Shown: positions 1 through 9,412 of the stretch, piece after piece
Position numbering within the stretch: position 1 is the first letter of the stretch
How the letters are laid out: each line of letters opens with the position of its first letter
NCBI GenBank assembly: GCA_017515705.1
Contig: JAFWFI010000031.1
Location: 1 to 42,349, forward strand
DNA: 42,349 nt
Direction of reading: 5' to 3'
Source of the DNA: Bacillota bacterium
GTDB lineage: Bacteria > Bacillota > Clostridia > Peptostreptococcales > Anaerovoracaceae
The notes under the pieces: generated by a model
Databases searched by the model: none
The model's input: the letters and a program-made list of their open reading frames with translations, nothing else
Told to the model about the DNA's origin: nothing
Position numbers and translations under genes: made by a program

Positions 1-476
1 CGGAAGGGTCCAAAGGCGAACTGGTATTCACCTGTCTGGACAAGGAAGCTTTCCCGCTGATCCGCTACCGCACCAAGGATATCTGCGTACTGAATCCGGA
101 CAAATGCTCCTGCGGCCGGACCCATATCCGGATGAGCAAGCCCATGGGCCGTTCCGACGACATGCTCATCATTAAGGGCGTCAACGTCTTCCCGTCCCAG
201 ATCGAGACCGTGCTCTTAAACGAAGGACTGACCCCGAATTACCAGATCATTGTGGACCGGGTGGGCAGCAGCGACACCTTCGACGTGCTGGTGGAAATGC
301 CGGAAGATCTCTTCGGCGATACCGTGGCGGCGATTTCCAGAAGAGAAAAACAGATCGTTTCCTCTCTGAAGTCCATGCTGGGCATCGTGGCGAAGGTCCG
401 TCTGGTGGAACCCAAATCCATCGAACGCAGTGAAGGCAAAGCCGTCCGCGTTATTGACAAACGGAAGCTGTATTGA
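1..476 (+). CDS. paaK: phenylacetate-CoA ligase (PaaK family), C-terminal part; 5' end outside window
   Basis: Frame 3 is open from base 3. The translation ..GELVFTCLDKEAFPLIRYRTKDICVL..CSCGRTHIRM..GRSDDMLIIKGVNVFPSQIE matches the conserved C-terminal domain of PaaK-type adenylate-forming ligases. Confidence 0.85.
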   Translation, partial: EGSKGELVFTCLDKEAFPLIRYRTKDICVLNPDKCSCGRTHIRMSKPMGRSDDMLIIKGVNVFPSQIETVLLNEGLTPNYQIIVDRVGSSDTFDVLVEMPEDLFGDTVAAISRREKQIVSSLKSMLGIVAKVRLVEPKSIERSEGKAVRVIDKRKLY

Positions 477-503
477 TATGGTGAATAGAGGAGGTATAGA
501 ACA

Positions 504-908
504 ATGATCCAGAAACAGATTTCTGCCTATTTAGAGAATAAACCGGGCCAGCTCCTGGACTACGTCCAGGTCCTGGGCGAGAACAACATCGACCTGCAGG
601 CCCTCAGCATCGCCGACACAGAGGACTACGGTCTCCTTCGGATGATCGTGGATCAGCCGGAAAAGGCGGTGGAACTGCTGAAAAAAGCCGGCCACTCCTG
701 CCGGATCACGGAAGTCCTTTCCGTAGTGATCCCGGACCGGCCGGGCGCCATGCGCAAAGCCCTGGCCGCCCTGAACGACGCCCAGATCAGCTTCGATTAC
801 TGTTACGCATTCTTCTCCAAGGAAGAAGGCAAGGCCAATCTCGTCCTCCGGGTACCGGACAACGACGAAGCCCTGAAAGCGCTGGAAGCAGCCGGCGCGC
901 TGGAATAA
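504..908 (+). CDS. ACT domain-containing protein (two ACT-like halves), typical partner of PaaK in anaerobes
   Basis: 134 aa ORF with RBS GAGGAGG upstream. It has ENKPGQL.. and IPDRPGAM motifs typical of ACT ligand-binding folds and lies 27 nt after paaK. Confidence 0.7.
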   Translation: MIQKQISAYLENKPGQLLDYVQVLGENNIDLQALSIADTEDYGLLRMIVDQPEKAVELLKKAGHSCRITEVLSVVIPDRPGAMRKALAALNDAQISFDYCYAFFSKEEGKANLVLRVPDNDEALKALEAAGALE

Positions 909-917
909 AAGCCGAAA

Positions 918-950
918 GGCCGGAGACTTCAGTCTCCGGCCTCTTTGTTT
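918..950. terminator. bidirectional intrinsic terminator between ACT gene (+) and serine dehydratase (-)
   Basis: Hairpin GGCCGGAGA-cttcag-TCTCCGGCC with T-rich runs on both strands. Confidence 0.7.
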
Positions 951-2524
951 TATTCCAGTCTTTTTGCCCATTCCCGGGAAGCCGGCGTGCAGGTCAGCCC
1001 CGCCAGTCCGGTGTATCTGAGTTCGGATGGGATCATCCGGCCCACTTCATTGAATGCATCGATGGTCTGATCCAGCGGTACGACCGGGTCGAATCCCGCC
1101 AGTGCCATGTTGGCGCAGCTCAGGGCGTTAACGCCGCTCATGACGTTCTTGCCCAGACAGGGGGCTTCTACGCCCAGCGCCACCGGGTCGCAGGTCAGCC
1201 CAAAGACATTCTGAAGGGCCATGGACGCTGCGATGCAGGCCTCTTCCGGTGTGCCGTTCATCAGCTGCACCAAACCCGCCGCCGCCATGCCGGAACCGCT
1301 GCCGCATTCCGCCTGACAGCCGGCCAGCTCCGCTGCAAAGGTCGCCCGTTCCGCCAGGAACACGCCCACGATACCGGCGGCAAACAGGGCTTTGATCACC
1401 TGCTCCCGGGGCATCCTCAGGTGGTTCGCCACGCCCAGGATCGTTCCCGTCACACAGCCGCAGGACCCGCCGGTCGGCGCCGCCACATACATTCCCATGG
1501 AGCTCTTTACTTCCATCAAAGCCGAAACACAGCGGATGATTTCGTTGGTCAGTTCGTCCGGTACCAGGCGCAGCCGCTTCGAGGGATCCCCCAGATACAG
1601 GGACTGCGCGCCCAGGATCCGTTTTTCGTAATGGGTTCCCTGAAGGCCATGTTCCAGGGACGCCTGCATTTTGTCCGCCAGAGCCTGCATCTTTCCGATG
1701 GTTTCCTCTCTGCTCATGCCGCCCCGGATGCTTTCGTACAGAACCCCCATTTCCCAGAATTCTTCCCCGGCTTCCCCTGCTGTTTCCAGCAGTTTTTCCG
1801 CCGTCAGGAAAGGAACTTCCGGTTCCAGCTGGGAAGTCACCGGCAGCACCGGATCCAGGAAAAAGATACGCTCCACCACCGGCATGGCTCCCAGGTCCTC
1901 CCGTGTCTCCTCGTCCAGCGGTTCTTCGGTGCGGATCACGTAAAACCCGGTCTTCCGGCTCCCGTCATACTGGATGTCGATCTGGTGCCGGACGGGAATC
2001 AGGCTTCCCAGTTCGCCCCCCTGTACCAGGCTGACCATTTCCGAGCTGCAGTGGGTGAAAATCAGGGTCTCGTAAAACCCGCCGGTTACGGATACTTCAA
2101 AGCCGTTCACGCCGATGAGTTCCACCATTCCTCCTCCCACGGAAAGGGCCGTCGCCTGAATGGTTTCCGATTCGCCTTCCAGCGTCATTCGGTACGTATT
2201 GGGGTGATCGCCCGGGAAAGACCCGATCCGGATCTCCATATTGACCCCGCTCTCTTTCAGAAGAGCCTTGGATTCCTGCAGCCGTTCGTCATCGGGCAGC
2301 ATCCCCTGGATCCCCGCTGCCAGGCCGGCATCCACCCAGGATTCCTTATAACTGGGTGCCAGGGAACCGTCCTTGTCGAATTCCACCAGGAACCGCTTCA
2401 GGTTGTCCGGGCGCAAATATGAAACCAGTTTCCCGACCCGCACGGAAGCCGCTGTGTGGGAACTGGAGGGACCGCTCATCACCGGCCCCAGCACGTCATT
2501 GAATATACTCGCATATTGCCTCAT
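950..2524 (-). CDS. sdaA: L-serine ammonia-lyase (iron-sulfur dependent), fused beta-alpha single chain
   Basis: N-terminus IFNDVLGPVMSGPSSSHTAA is the signature of the SdaAB/beta part. SVGGGMVELIGVNGFEV is the ACT-like beta domain. The C-terminal half resembles SdaAA, with a Cys-rich 4Fe-4S region. Confidence 0.85.
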   Translation of the reverse strand: MRQYASIFNDVLGPVMSGPSSSHTAASVRVGKLVSYLRPDNLKRFLVEFDKDGSLAPSYKESWVDAGLAAGIQGMLPDDERLQESKALLKESGVNMEIRIGSFPGDHPNTYRMTLEGESETIQATALSVGGGMVELIGVNGFEVSVTGGFYETLIFTHCSSEMVSLVQGGELGSLIPVRHQIDIQYDGSRKTGFYVIRTEEPLDEETREDLGAMPVVERIFFLDPVLPVTSQLEPEVPFLTAEKLLETAGEAGEEFWEMGVLYESIRGGMSREETIGKMQALADKMQASLEHGLQGTHYEKRILGAQSLYLGDPSKRLRLVPDELTNEIIRCVSALMEVKSSMGMYVAAPTGGSCGCVTGTILGVANHLRMPREQVIKALFAAGIVGVFLAERATFAAELAGCQAECGSGSGMAAAGLVQLMNGTPEEACIAASMALQNVFGLTCDPVALGVEAPCLGKNVMSGVNALSCANMALAGFDPVVPLDQTIDAFNEVGRMIPSELRYTGLAGLTCTPASREWAKRLE

Positions 2525-2571
2525 TACTCTTACCTTATCCTTTTATTTCGTTCATTTCCTCTTTTTCCCTC

Positions 2572-2599
2572 ATTGTATCACAACTGCACGTCTTTTCAA
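2572..2599 (-). promoter_or_regulatory. candidate sigma-A promoter of sdaA
   Basis: Minus strand TTGAAA-16 nt-TG-a-TACAAT (extended -10), about 47 nt upstream of the start codon. Confidence 0.45.
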
Positions 2600-2661
2600 C
2601 TTTTTTATGGGGACCCTCGGAATACCATCGATGGAAAAATAGAATAAATGCAAAAAAAGGC

Positions 2662-2690
2662 TTGAAAAAACGGGGGAAGATGTGTACAAT
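2662..2690 (+). promoter_or_regulatory. candidate sigma-A promoter of tRNA-Pro
   Basis: TTGAAA (2662-2667), 17 nt spacer, TACAAT (2685-2690), 18 nt before the tRNA 5' end. Confidence 0.5.
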
Positions 2691-2707
2691 AAAGTAGTTA
2701 CAAGGAA

Positions 2708-2784
2708 CGGAGTGTGGCGCAGCTTGGTAGCGTACTTGACTGGGGGTCAAGGGGTCGTGGGTTCGAATCCCGTCACTCCGACCA
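2708..2784 (+). tRNA. tRNA-Pro (anticodon GGG), CCA encoded
   Basis: Cloverleaf read by eye. Acceptor CGGAGTG/CACTCCG, anticodon stem CTTGA/TCAAG with loop CTGGGGG, T-arm GTGGGTTCGAATCCCGT, 3' ACCA. Confidence 0.9.
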
Positions 2785-2792
2785 ATAACAGA

Positions 2793-2826
2793 AACCGGAG
2801 CTTTTGATAAAGCTCCGGTTTTTCTT
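2793..2826. terminator. intrinsic terminator after tRNA-Pro (may also serve the convergent lipoprotein gene)
   Basis: Hairpin ACCGGAGCTTT-tgat-AAAGCTCCGGT followed by TTTTTCTTTT. Confidence 0.75.
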
Positions 2827-2985
2827 TTCCCTGATTTCCGCTAAAGGATTCCCACCGTCTCCGCAGCCTGCCGAACCGTATCGACGGAAGCGAGGAAGGC
2901 GCTGTGTTCTTCTTCTGTCATGGACCATTCCGTGATTTGATGGATGCCGTTCCTTCCGAGATCTGTTTCATAAGTCCTACGCAAA

Positions 2986-3534
2986 TTATTGCCCGGAAGC
3001 TCCGGTCTTCCGGTCCTGGTACATTTCCACGTAGGACTTTCCCTGGTCCTTCGGATCCAGGTCCACGTCTTTTACACTCTGCCGCTGGGGGCTCTCCTCC
3101 GGCAGCAGGTAGAACACGATGTTGTGCTGCTGCCATTCATAAGCCATGTCCTCCGGCGTCCGCCAGGAAACCATGTCACGGCCATGGATGGGATGCTCCT
3201 CCGACAAAGCCTGGCAGATGAAAACCATATCTTCAGGCTCCGTCACCCGGAAGGAATCGATGATTTTCCAGTTGTCCGGCGTATACCGGGCATGAAACTC
3301 GATGTTGTTATAGTAGAAAACGTACTCTTTTCCGTTTCCGTCCGTGTCCTGCAGGCCGATTTCCTCCGCAGATGTGAGGATCCCCTTGCTTTCCGTCTCC
3401 GCCTGCTCCGGTTGTTCTGTCTGCTCCTGTGCCGGAGTTCCGCAGCCCGCCATACCGGCGGACAGCAGCATCACCAGCAGGATGCACAGCAGGGTCCGGC
3501 CCCTGCCCTTTCGTCCTTTTTCCCTAATCTCCAA
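2986..3534 (-). CDS. putative lipoprotein of unknown function; start codon uncertain (TTG inside a repeat tract)
   Basis: The N-terminus has a basic n-region, a hydrophobic core and a lipobox-like MAGC (..LLVMLLSAGMAGCG). No family recognised. Confidence 0.55.
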   Translation of the reverse strand: MEIREKGRKGRGRTLLCILLVMLLSAGMAGCGTPAQEQTEQPEQAETESKGILTSAEEIGLQDTDGNGKEYVFYYNNIEFHARYTPDNWKIIDSFRVTEPEDMVFICQALSEEHPIHGRDMVSWRTPEDMAYEWQQHNIVFYLLPEESPQRQSVKDVDLDPKDQGKSYVEMYQDRKTGASGQ

Positions 3535-3551
3535 TCTCCCATCTCCAATCT
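3524..3551. repeat. heptad-repeat tract, locus A (4 units; minus strand reads AGATTGG AGATGGG AGATTGG AGATTAG)
   Basis: Direct reading. It lies between the ftsQ stop (3559) and the lipoprotein start and contains that TTG start. Confidence 0.85.
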
Positions 3552-3558
3552 GTATCCT

Positions 3559-4776
3559 TTAAATCTTCGGCGAGAATGAAATATACCCGTTGTCGCCGAT
3601 GTAGATGGTGGCCCGCTCGATCTGCTGTTCGTGGAGGGAACTCATGATGTCACCCAGTTCCGCCACATTGGCTTTGATGTTTTCATACTTGCCCTCACAG
3701 ACGATGTTCCGGGTCAGGTAAACCCGGGTCACCCCGTTCATGTAAGAGACCTTGTAGACGCCCATCCCCTGGTTTTCCACCTCGTTCGCCAGTTCCAGCA
3801 GACTCTTCAGCCCCGTATCCTTCTCGGGCACGAATTCCTGTCCGGCTTCCGTGGTGGTGGGAATGTAGCCTTCCACGATCATCACTCCGCCGGCATCATT
3901 GGTTTTCTCCAGGATCCGGTTCTCATCGTCCACGATCAGGAAGAAGCCTCCCGCCTGGACCGCAAAGACCGGGACCCGCTCCGCCACGGTGATTTTGGCG
4001 GTATGGGGGAATTTCCGAGAAATCTTCGCCGACTTCACGTAAGGCAGATCCATCAGTTTGCCCCGTGCCTTGCCGGTCCGGAGAGTGATCAGACCGGTCT
4101 TCTTGTGAATGCCGGAGGCCTTGATGATTTCCTCCGCCGTATAGTGAGCATTTCCTTCCACGGTGATCTTTTTGATGTCCACCATGCCCTGCTTGTCGAT
4201 GAACAGCAGTCCGCCCACTACCAGCACTGCCAGCGCCAGCAGGAGCAGCGCCGTCCGCCGGAAGAATTTTTTCCGGCTTCTGCGGGACCGGCGCCGTCTG
4301 ATCTTCAGGGCCAGTTCTTCATCCGGCTCCTGCGACGGCATCGGGGATGCTTTCCACTCGTCTTCGTATTCATCCAGTCCGCCGGATTTTCCCTCTTCCG
4401 CTTCCGCAGCCTTCTTTGCCGCTTCGGCTGCCGCTGCGGCTGCAGCTGCTGCCGCCGCTTCCCGGGCTGCCCGCTTCGGATCGAAGAAATAGTCCTCCGA
4501 CTCCGGCTTTTCACCGGCCTTCTCCCGGGCTTTCCGAAGATCGTCAAAGAAGTGGTCGTGGGAAACCGGGCCGGGCTCCCCGGCTTCTTCCGGTTCCTCC
4601 GGCTCTTCCGGCAGTTCCTCTTCCGTGAATTCTTCCTCCGGCAGGTTGCCCTCCATCATCGGATCCTCCCCGAACAGATCCCGGATATCGCTGTTTTCTG
4701 TTTCCATGTTTTCTTCGGTTTTGAAGAAATCCTTTTCCTGATTATCGATACTCATTTCGGTCTGCCTTTTCTTCAT
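3559..4776 (-). CDS. ftsQ: cell division protein FtsQ/DivIB with unusually long acidic N-terminal extension
   Basis: Single TM (LLLLALAVLVVGGLLFI) followed by a POTRA-like segment (IKKITVEGNAHYTAEEIIKASGI...). It sits directly after murG in the dcw cluster. Confidence 0.85.
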   Translation of the reverse strand: MKKRQTEMSIDNQEKDFFKTEENMETENSDIRDLFGEDPMMEGNLPEEEFTEEELPEEPEEPEEAGEPGPVSHDHFFDDLRKAREKAGEKPESEDYFFDPKRAAREAAAAAAAAAAAEAAKKAAEAEEGKSGGLDEYEDEWKASPMPSQEPDEELALKIRRRRSRRSRKKFFRRTALLLLALAVLVVGGLLFIDKQGMVDIKKITVEGNAHYTAEEIIKASGIHKKTGLITLRTGKARGKLMDLPYVKSAKISRKFPHTAKITVAERVPVFAVQAGGFFLIVDDENRILEKTNDAGGVMIVEGYIPTTTEAGQEFVPEKDTGLKSLLELANEVENQGMGVYKVSYMNGVTRVYLTRNIVCEGKYENIKANVAELGDIMSSLHEQQIERATIYIGDNGYISFSPKI

Positions 4777-5889
4777 TTACTGCCCGGGGACCAGGTATTC
4801 CTTCAGCTCCCCGTAGATTTGTTCCGCTGCATCGGTCCTGGCCAGGCTCCGGCTCTTTTCCTCCATCTCCGCCAGCAGCTGCGGATCCTTCCGCAGCCGG
4901 CCGAGGATGGAGAGAACGGCCTCGTCCGTCAGGTCCTTTTCTTCAATCAGTTCCGCTGCGCCCATGTCCGACAGGACCCGCGCGTTGTGGTACTGGTGAT
5001 TTCCGGTCACATAGGGGGACGGGATCAGGATCGCCGCCTTGCCGCAGGCAGTGATTTCCGCCAGGGTCAGCGCGCCGGCCCGGCTGATGATCACGTCGGA
5101 CGCCGCCATGTATTCCGGCATATTGTCCAGGTATTCAAAGACCCGGATGTTGTCTTTTATTTCTTCGGTTCGTTCCCGGAGTTTCTCCAGGACTTCCCCG
5201 TAAAACCGCTTCCCGGTAACGAAGAGGACACTCACGTCCTCCGCCCCGTTCAGGGTTCCGATGAGATGGACCATCAGTTCGTTGATCTTCATGGCTCCCA
5301 GGCTCCCGCCGAAGCAGAGCACCGTCAGCCGGGACGGGTCCAGTCCAAGCTTTTCCCGCATCTGTGCCTTTTCGTTGACCACAAAGCCCTTCCGGAGGGG
5401 ATTTCCCACCAGGAAGACTCCCTCTTCCCGCTGGAAGTACTTCTTTGCTTCATCAAAGCTGATAAAGATCTTGTCCACGTACTTTGACAGCATTTTATTC
5501 GTCATGCCGGGAAAGGCGTTCTGTTCATGGATGGCCGTGGGAATGCCCATCTTGTGGGCTGCACGGACCACCGGTCCGCAGACGTAACCCCCGGTGCCGA
5601 TCACCAGGTCCGGCTGAAACTCCCGGATGATCTTTTTCGCCTGGGACGCCCCTTCCAGGGTATCCTTCAGCGTCTTGACGTTTTTCCAGATCTCCCTGCG
5701 GTGAAAGCCGCTGGCGGAGATGTTCATGATATCGTATCCATGCGCCGGAATGACTTCGTTTTCCAGCGCCCTGTGAGTCCCGATGAACAGGATCTGAGCT
5801 TTCGGGTGATGTGCCCGGATCTCGTCCGCAATCGCCAGGGCCGGGTAAATATGTCCCCCCGTGCCGCCGCAGGACAGTATGATTTTCAA
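4777..5889 (-). CDS. murG: undecaprenyldiphospho-muramoylpentapeptide beta-N-acetylglucosaminyltransferase
   Basis: N-terminal GGTGGHIYPALA motif, 370 aa, dcw context. Confidence 0.95.
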   Translation of the reverse strand: MKIILSCGGTGGHIYPALAIADEIRAHHPKAQILFIGTHRALENEVIPAHGYDIMNISASGFHRREIWKNVKTLKDTLEGASQAKKIIREFQPDLVIGTGGYVCGPVVRAAHKMGIPTAIHEQNAFPGMTNKMLSKYVDKIFISFDEAKKYFQREEGVFLVGNPLRKGFVVNEKAQMREKLGLDPSRLTVLCFGGSLGAMKINELMVHLIGTLNGAEDVSVLFVTGKRFYGEVLEKLRERTEEIKDNIRVFEYLDNMPEYMAASDVIISRAGALTLAEITACGKAAILIPSPYVTGNHQYHNARVLSDMGAAELIEEKDLTDEAVLSILGRLRKDPQLLAEMEEKSRSLARTDAAEQIYGELKEYLVPGQ

Positions 5890-5919
5890 TGATGGTTCCC
5901 CCTCTGTTATCGATAGAGA

Positions 5920-7017
5920 TCAGTATCTCAGTGAATTCTTGGATATGTTCACCAGGATGCCGGCGCAGCCCATGGAAATGGCCAGGGAATTGCCGCCCCA
6001 GCTTACGAACGGAAGGGCGATTCCCGTCGGCATCATGGAAGATGTCACGACTGCAATGTTCAGCACGACCTGGATGGCGACCATGGAAGTGAGTCCCGCC
6101 GCCAGCAGCGTGCCGAACAGGTCCTTGCACTTGATGGCGATATGGATCCCCCTCCACACGAGAATCGTGTACAGGAAGAGGAACAGCATACAACCCAGGT
6201 AGCCGGTCTCCTCCCCGATGATGGCAAAGATGAAGTCATTCATCGGCTCCGGCAGGTACAGGGTCTTCTGGATGCTCTTGCCGATTCCCACGCCGAACAG
6301 GCCGCCGGAACCCAGCGCCAGCAGGGACTGCACTACCTGGAACCCGGTTCCCAGGGCATCCGCAAAGGGATCCAGAAAACTGGTGAACCGCTTCCAGCGG
6401 TAAGGCTCCAGCACCATCAGCGCACCGCCGGCTGCGATACCCACCGCCGTCAGCCCGATGAGATGCGGAATGCGCATGCCGCCCACCATCATCACGAGGA
6501 CCATGATCCCCGCCACCGTCACCGCCGTGCTCATGTTGGGCTGTTTCAGGATCAGCCCTGCCATCAGCGCCATGATGACCAGCAGCGGCAGAACGCCGTT
6601 TTTGAAGGAGCGGATCCGCTCCGGGTCCTTGCAGATGAAGCTGGCCGTGAACATGGCCACCGCCGGTTTCGCCAGTTCCCCCGGCATGATGGTAAAGCCG
6701 CCCACGCCGATCCAGCGCCGCGCGCCGTTGATGGACACCCCGAAGGGCGTGAATACCAGCAGCAGCAGGACCACGCCTGCGACCAGGATCGGAAATGCCC
6801 AGCGGTCGTAGGTCTTATAGGAGACCTTGCTGGCCACGAACATCAGGACAGACCCCAGAAGCGCCCAGATGATATCTCTTTTTAAATAATAGTAAGGATC
6901 ACCCTGGGTATTGAGAGCGGTGTAATAGCTGGCACTGAAGACCATGACGATACCCGCGATGACCAATACCGCAACGGTGAATATCAAAATAAAGTCGCCT
7001 CTGTTCCGGTCTGACAT
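5920..7017 (-). CDS. ftsW: SEDS family lipid II polymerase/flippase FtsW (SpoVE-like)
   Basis: About 10 TM segments, a conserved C-terminal SEDS region (LPEPMNDFIFAIIGEE.G), and position between murD and murG. Confidence 0.9.
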   Translation of the reverse strand: MSDRNRGDFILIFTVAVLVIAGIVMVFSASYYTALNTQGDPYYYLKRDIIWALLGSVLMFVASKVSYKTYDRWAFPILVAGVVLLLLVFTPFGVSINGARRWIGVGGFTIMPGELAKPAVAMFTASFICKDPERIRSFKNGVLPLLVIMALMAGLILKQPNMSTAVTVAGIMVLVMMVGGMRIPHLIGLTAVGIAAGGALMVLEPYRWKRFTSFLDPFADALGTGFQVVQSLLALGSGGLFGVGIGKSIQKTLYLPEPMNDFIFAIIGEETGYLGCMLFLFLYTILVWRGIHIAIKCKDLFGTLLAAGLTSMVAIQVVLNIAVVTSSMMPTGIALPFVSWGGNSLAISMGCAGILVNISKNSLRY

Positions 7018-7038
7018 TATTTTTCCTCCTCGGTTTGC

Positions 7039-8403
7039 CTACCTCGTTTTCAGCCGGGCCACCAGTTCTTTGAAATGCCGGCCCCGGACTTCGTAGCTGG
7101 GGTACATGTCCCAGCTGGCGCAGGCCGGCGACAGAAGCACGATGTCCCCCGGCTGTGCCATTTCATATGCCGCCTCCATGCATTCCTCCAGGTCCTTCCG
7201 GAAGGAATACTCCGTAAACCCGGCTTCGTCGCAGGCTTTTGCGATATCGGGAGCCGTAACGCCCATCAACAGCAAATGCCGGACCCTGCCCTTCAGATCT
7301 TCCGCAAACGGCAGCATGTTTTCTTTCTTGTCATATCCTCCTGCGATGAGGATGATGTTTTCCTTCAATGCTTCCAGCGCCTTGCGGGAAGCGTCCGTAT
7401 TCGTTCCCTTGGAGTCGTTGTAATAACGCACTCCGCCGATTTCATCCACGAATTCGATCCGGTGTTCCACTCCTTCGAATTCCCGGATGCCCCGGGCAAT
7501 GTCTTCCGGCGCCACGCCGGCATAGTAGCACATCGCTGCGGCCGCCAGCACGTTTTCCACGTTGTGGTCGCCGGGGATCTGAATGTCCTCCAGGCCGCAG
7601 ATATCCACTTCCCGGTCCTGAAGGTTCCGGATCACGATCCGCCCGTCTTTGACGAAGCAGCCTTCTTCCAGTTCGTCCTTCCGGGAGAATGGAATCACCA
7701 GCGCAGGGCATCCGCCCGCCAGCTGATAACCCTCTTTGTTGTCCCAATTGACGATGAAATAATCCTCTTTGGTCTGGTTTTTATAGACGTTGGCCTTGGC
7801 CCGGCCGTATTCTTCAAAGGTTCCGTGCCGGTTCAGATGATCCGGCGTCAGGTTCAGCATGGCGGAAACAACCGGGTGGAATTCCCTGACCGTTTCCAGC
7901 TGGAAGCTGGACACTTCCGCCGCGAACCAGGTTTCTTCGTCGGACTTCTCCGCCGCATAGACCACCGGTTCCCCGATGTTCCCCACGACAAAGGTCTTCC
8001 GTCCGGCTTTTTTCAGGATTTCCCCTACCAGGGAAGTGGTGGTGGTTTTTCCATTGGTGCCGGTGATGGCGATGTAGCTGCCCTTCGACAGCCGGTAAGC
8101 CAGTTCCAGTTCTCCAATCAGTTCGCCGCAGTGGCTGCGTCCGTACCCGGCGATTTCCTCCGTCAATGGAATGCCGGGGCTGATGACCATAAAGTCAAAC
8201 CGCCGTTCTTCCTCCGGGAGCACGCCCCAGTAACAGCCTTCCGCCGTGTTATTCGCTTCTTCCCTGATTTCATCCGATACTTTTTTCGGATCTTCTTTAT
8301 CGTAGACGAAGACCCTGGCGCCTTCCTGTTTCAGCACCCGCATAGCAGCCAGGCCGCTCTTGCCCATGCCGGCCACCAGGACCTGTTTATCTTTCAACTC
8401 CAT
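7039..8403 (-). CDS. murD: UDP-N-acetylmuramoylalanine--D-glutamate ligase
   Basis: GMGKSG Rossmann N-terminus, Mur ligase P-loop GTNGKTTT, dcw context. Confidence 0.95.
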   Translation of the reverse strand: MELKDKQVLVAGMGKSGLAAMRVLKQEGARVFVYDKEDPKKVSDEIREEANNTAEGCYWGVLPEEERRFDFMVISPGIPLTEEIAGYGRSHCGELIGELELAYRLSKGSYIAITGTNGKTTTTSLVGEILKKAGRKTFVVGNIGEPVVYAAEKSDEETWFAAEVSSFQLETVREFHPVVSAMLNLTPDHLNRHGTFEEYGRAKANVYKNQTKEDYFIVNWDNKEGYQLAGGCPALVIPFSRKDELEEGCFVKDGRIVIRNLQDREVDICGLEDIQIPGDHNVENVLAAAAMCYYAGVAPEDIARGIREFEGVEHRIEFVDEIGGVRYYNDSKGTNTDASRKALEALKENIILIAGGYDKKENMLPFAEDLKGRVRHLLLMGVTAPDIAKACDEAGFTEYSFRKDLEECMEAAYEMAQPGDIVLLSPACASWDMYPSYEVRGRHFKELVARLKTR

Positions 8404-8421
8404 TTAAAACACACTTCCTTA

Positions 8422-9405
8422 TTATCTCATAATCAGCAGGCCCAGGATGCACAGCAGCACCGAAATAAAGCTGAACACCAGCACGACCTTCACTTCTCCC
8501 CATCCGGATTCCTCAAAGTGGTGATGGAGAGGGGTCTTCCGAAAGACTCTTTTTTCGTTCCCGCGCCGCCTGGTCCACCGGCATACGGCGATCTGGATCA
8601 CAACGGACCCGATCTCCGCCACATAGACGAAACCGATGATGGGCAGGACCATGGTGGTATTGGTCATCACCGCCACAGCGGTAATGGCGCCGCCCAGGGC
8701 CAGGGAACCGGTGTCTCCCATGAAGACCTTGGCGGGATTGTGGTTATGCACGAGAAAACCCGCACAGGCTCCCGCTACCGCCCCTGCAAAAATCCCGGCT
8801 GTGCCGAATCCGCTTCCGATGGCCGTCAGGGCCAGCACGATTGCCACCGGCAGGGTGACGCCGGAGGCCAGGCCGTCCAGTCCGTCGGTAAAATTCACCG
8901 CATTGGTCATGGCCGCCACGACAAAAATGATGAAGGGGACATATAGAATTCCGAAGTTCAGGTCCACATCTGCGAAGGGGATCCAGACATACGTGCCGGT
9001 GCTGCCGAACTTCAGCTGGGCGATGGCCAGCAGCAGTCCGAAAAAGAGCAGCAGCAGCATTTTCGGTTTTTCTTTCAGGCCCAGGTTCTGCTTTTTCACG
9101 ACTTTCAGATAATCGTCGATGAAGCCCACCAGGCCAAAACAGATAATAGATAACACCAGCATCATCATCTGGGCACTGAATCTTCCCACGATCAGCGCCG
9201 CCAGCACCACGGCTGCGATGATGAACAGGCCTCCCATCGTCGGTGTTCCGGCTTTCACCAGATGGCTCTTGGGCGCATCCTCCCGGATGCTCTGTCCCGC
9301 CTTCAGGCGGCGCAGTACCGGAATCGACGGGAAACCCAGGACTACCGTCAGCGCAAAAGCTACTATCAGAGAAATAATCATCGGGCTATAACTAACTTCT
9401 GGCAT
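8422..9405 (-). CDS. mraY: phospho-N-acetylmuramoyl-pentapeptide-transferase
   Basis: Polytopic membrane protein with KAGTPTMGG and NAVNFTDGLDGLA motifs. Confidence 0.95.
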   Translation of the reverse strand: MPEVSYSPMIISLIVAFALTVVLGFPSIPVLRRLKAGQSIREDAPKSHLVKAGTPTMGGLFIIAAVVLAALIVGRFSAQMMMLVLSIICFGLVGFIDDYLKVVKKQNLGLKEKPKMLLLLFFGLLLAIAQLKFGSTGTYVWIPFADVDLNFGILYVPFIIFVVAAMTNAVNFTDGLDGLASGVTLPVAIVLALTAIGSGFGTAGIFAGAVAGACAGFLVHNHNPAKVFMGDTGSLALGGAITAVAVMTNTTMVLPIIGFVYVAEIGSVVIQIAVCRWTRRRGNEKRVFRKTPLHHHFEESGWGEVKVVLVFSFISVLLCILGLLIMR

Positions 9406-9412
9406 TGTATTC

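Noticed and set aside
4305-4628. Short ORFs (80-109 aa) on both strands through the poly-Ala/GCN-rich part of ftsQ.
   Set aside because: They are artefacts of the repetitive GC-rich codon run within a well-supported gene.
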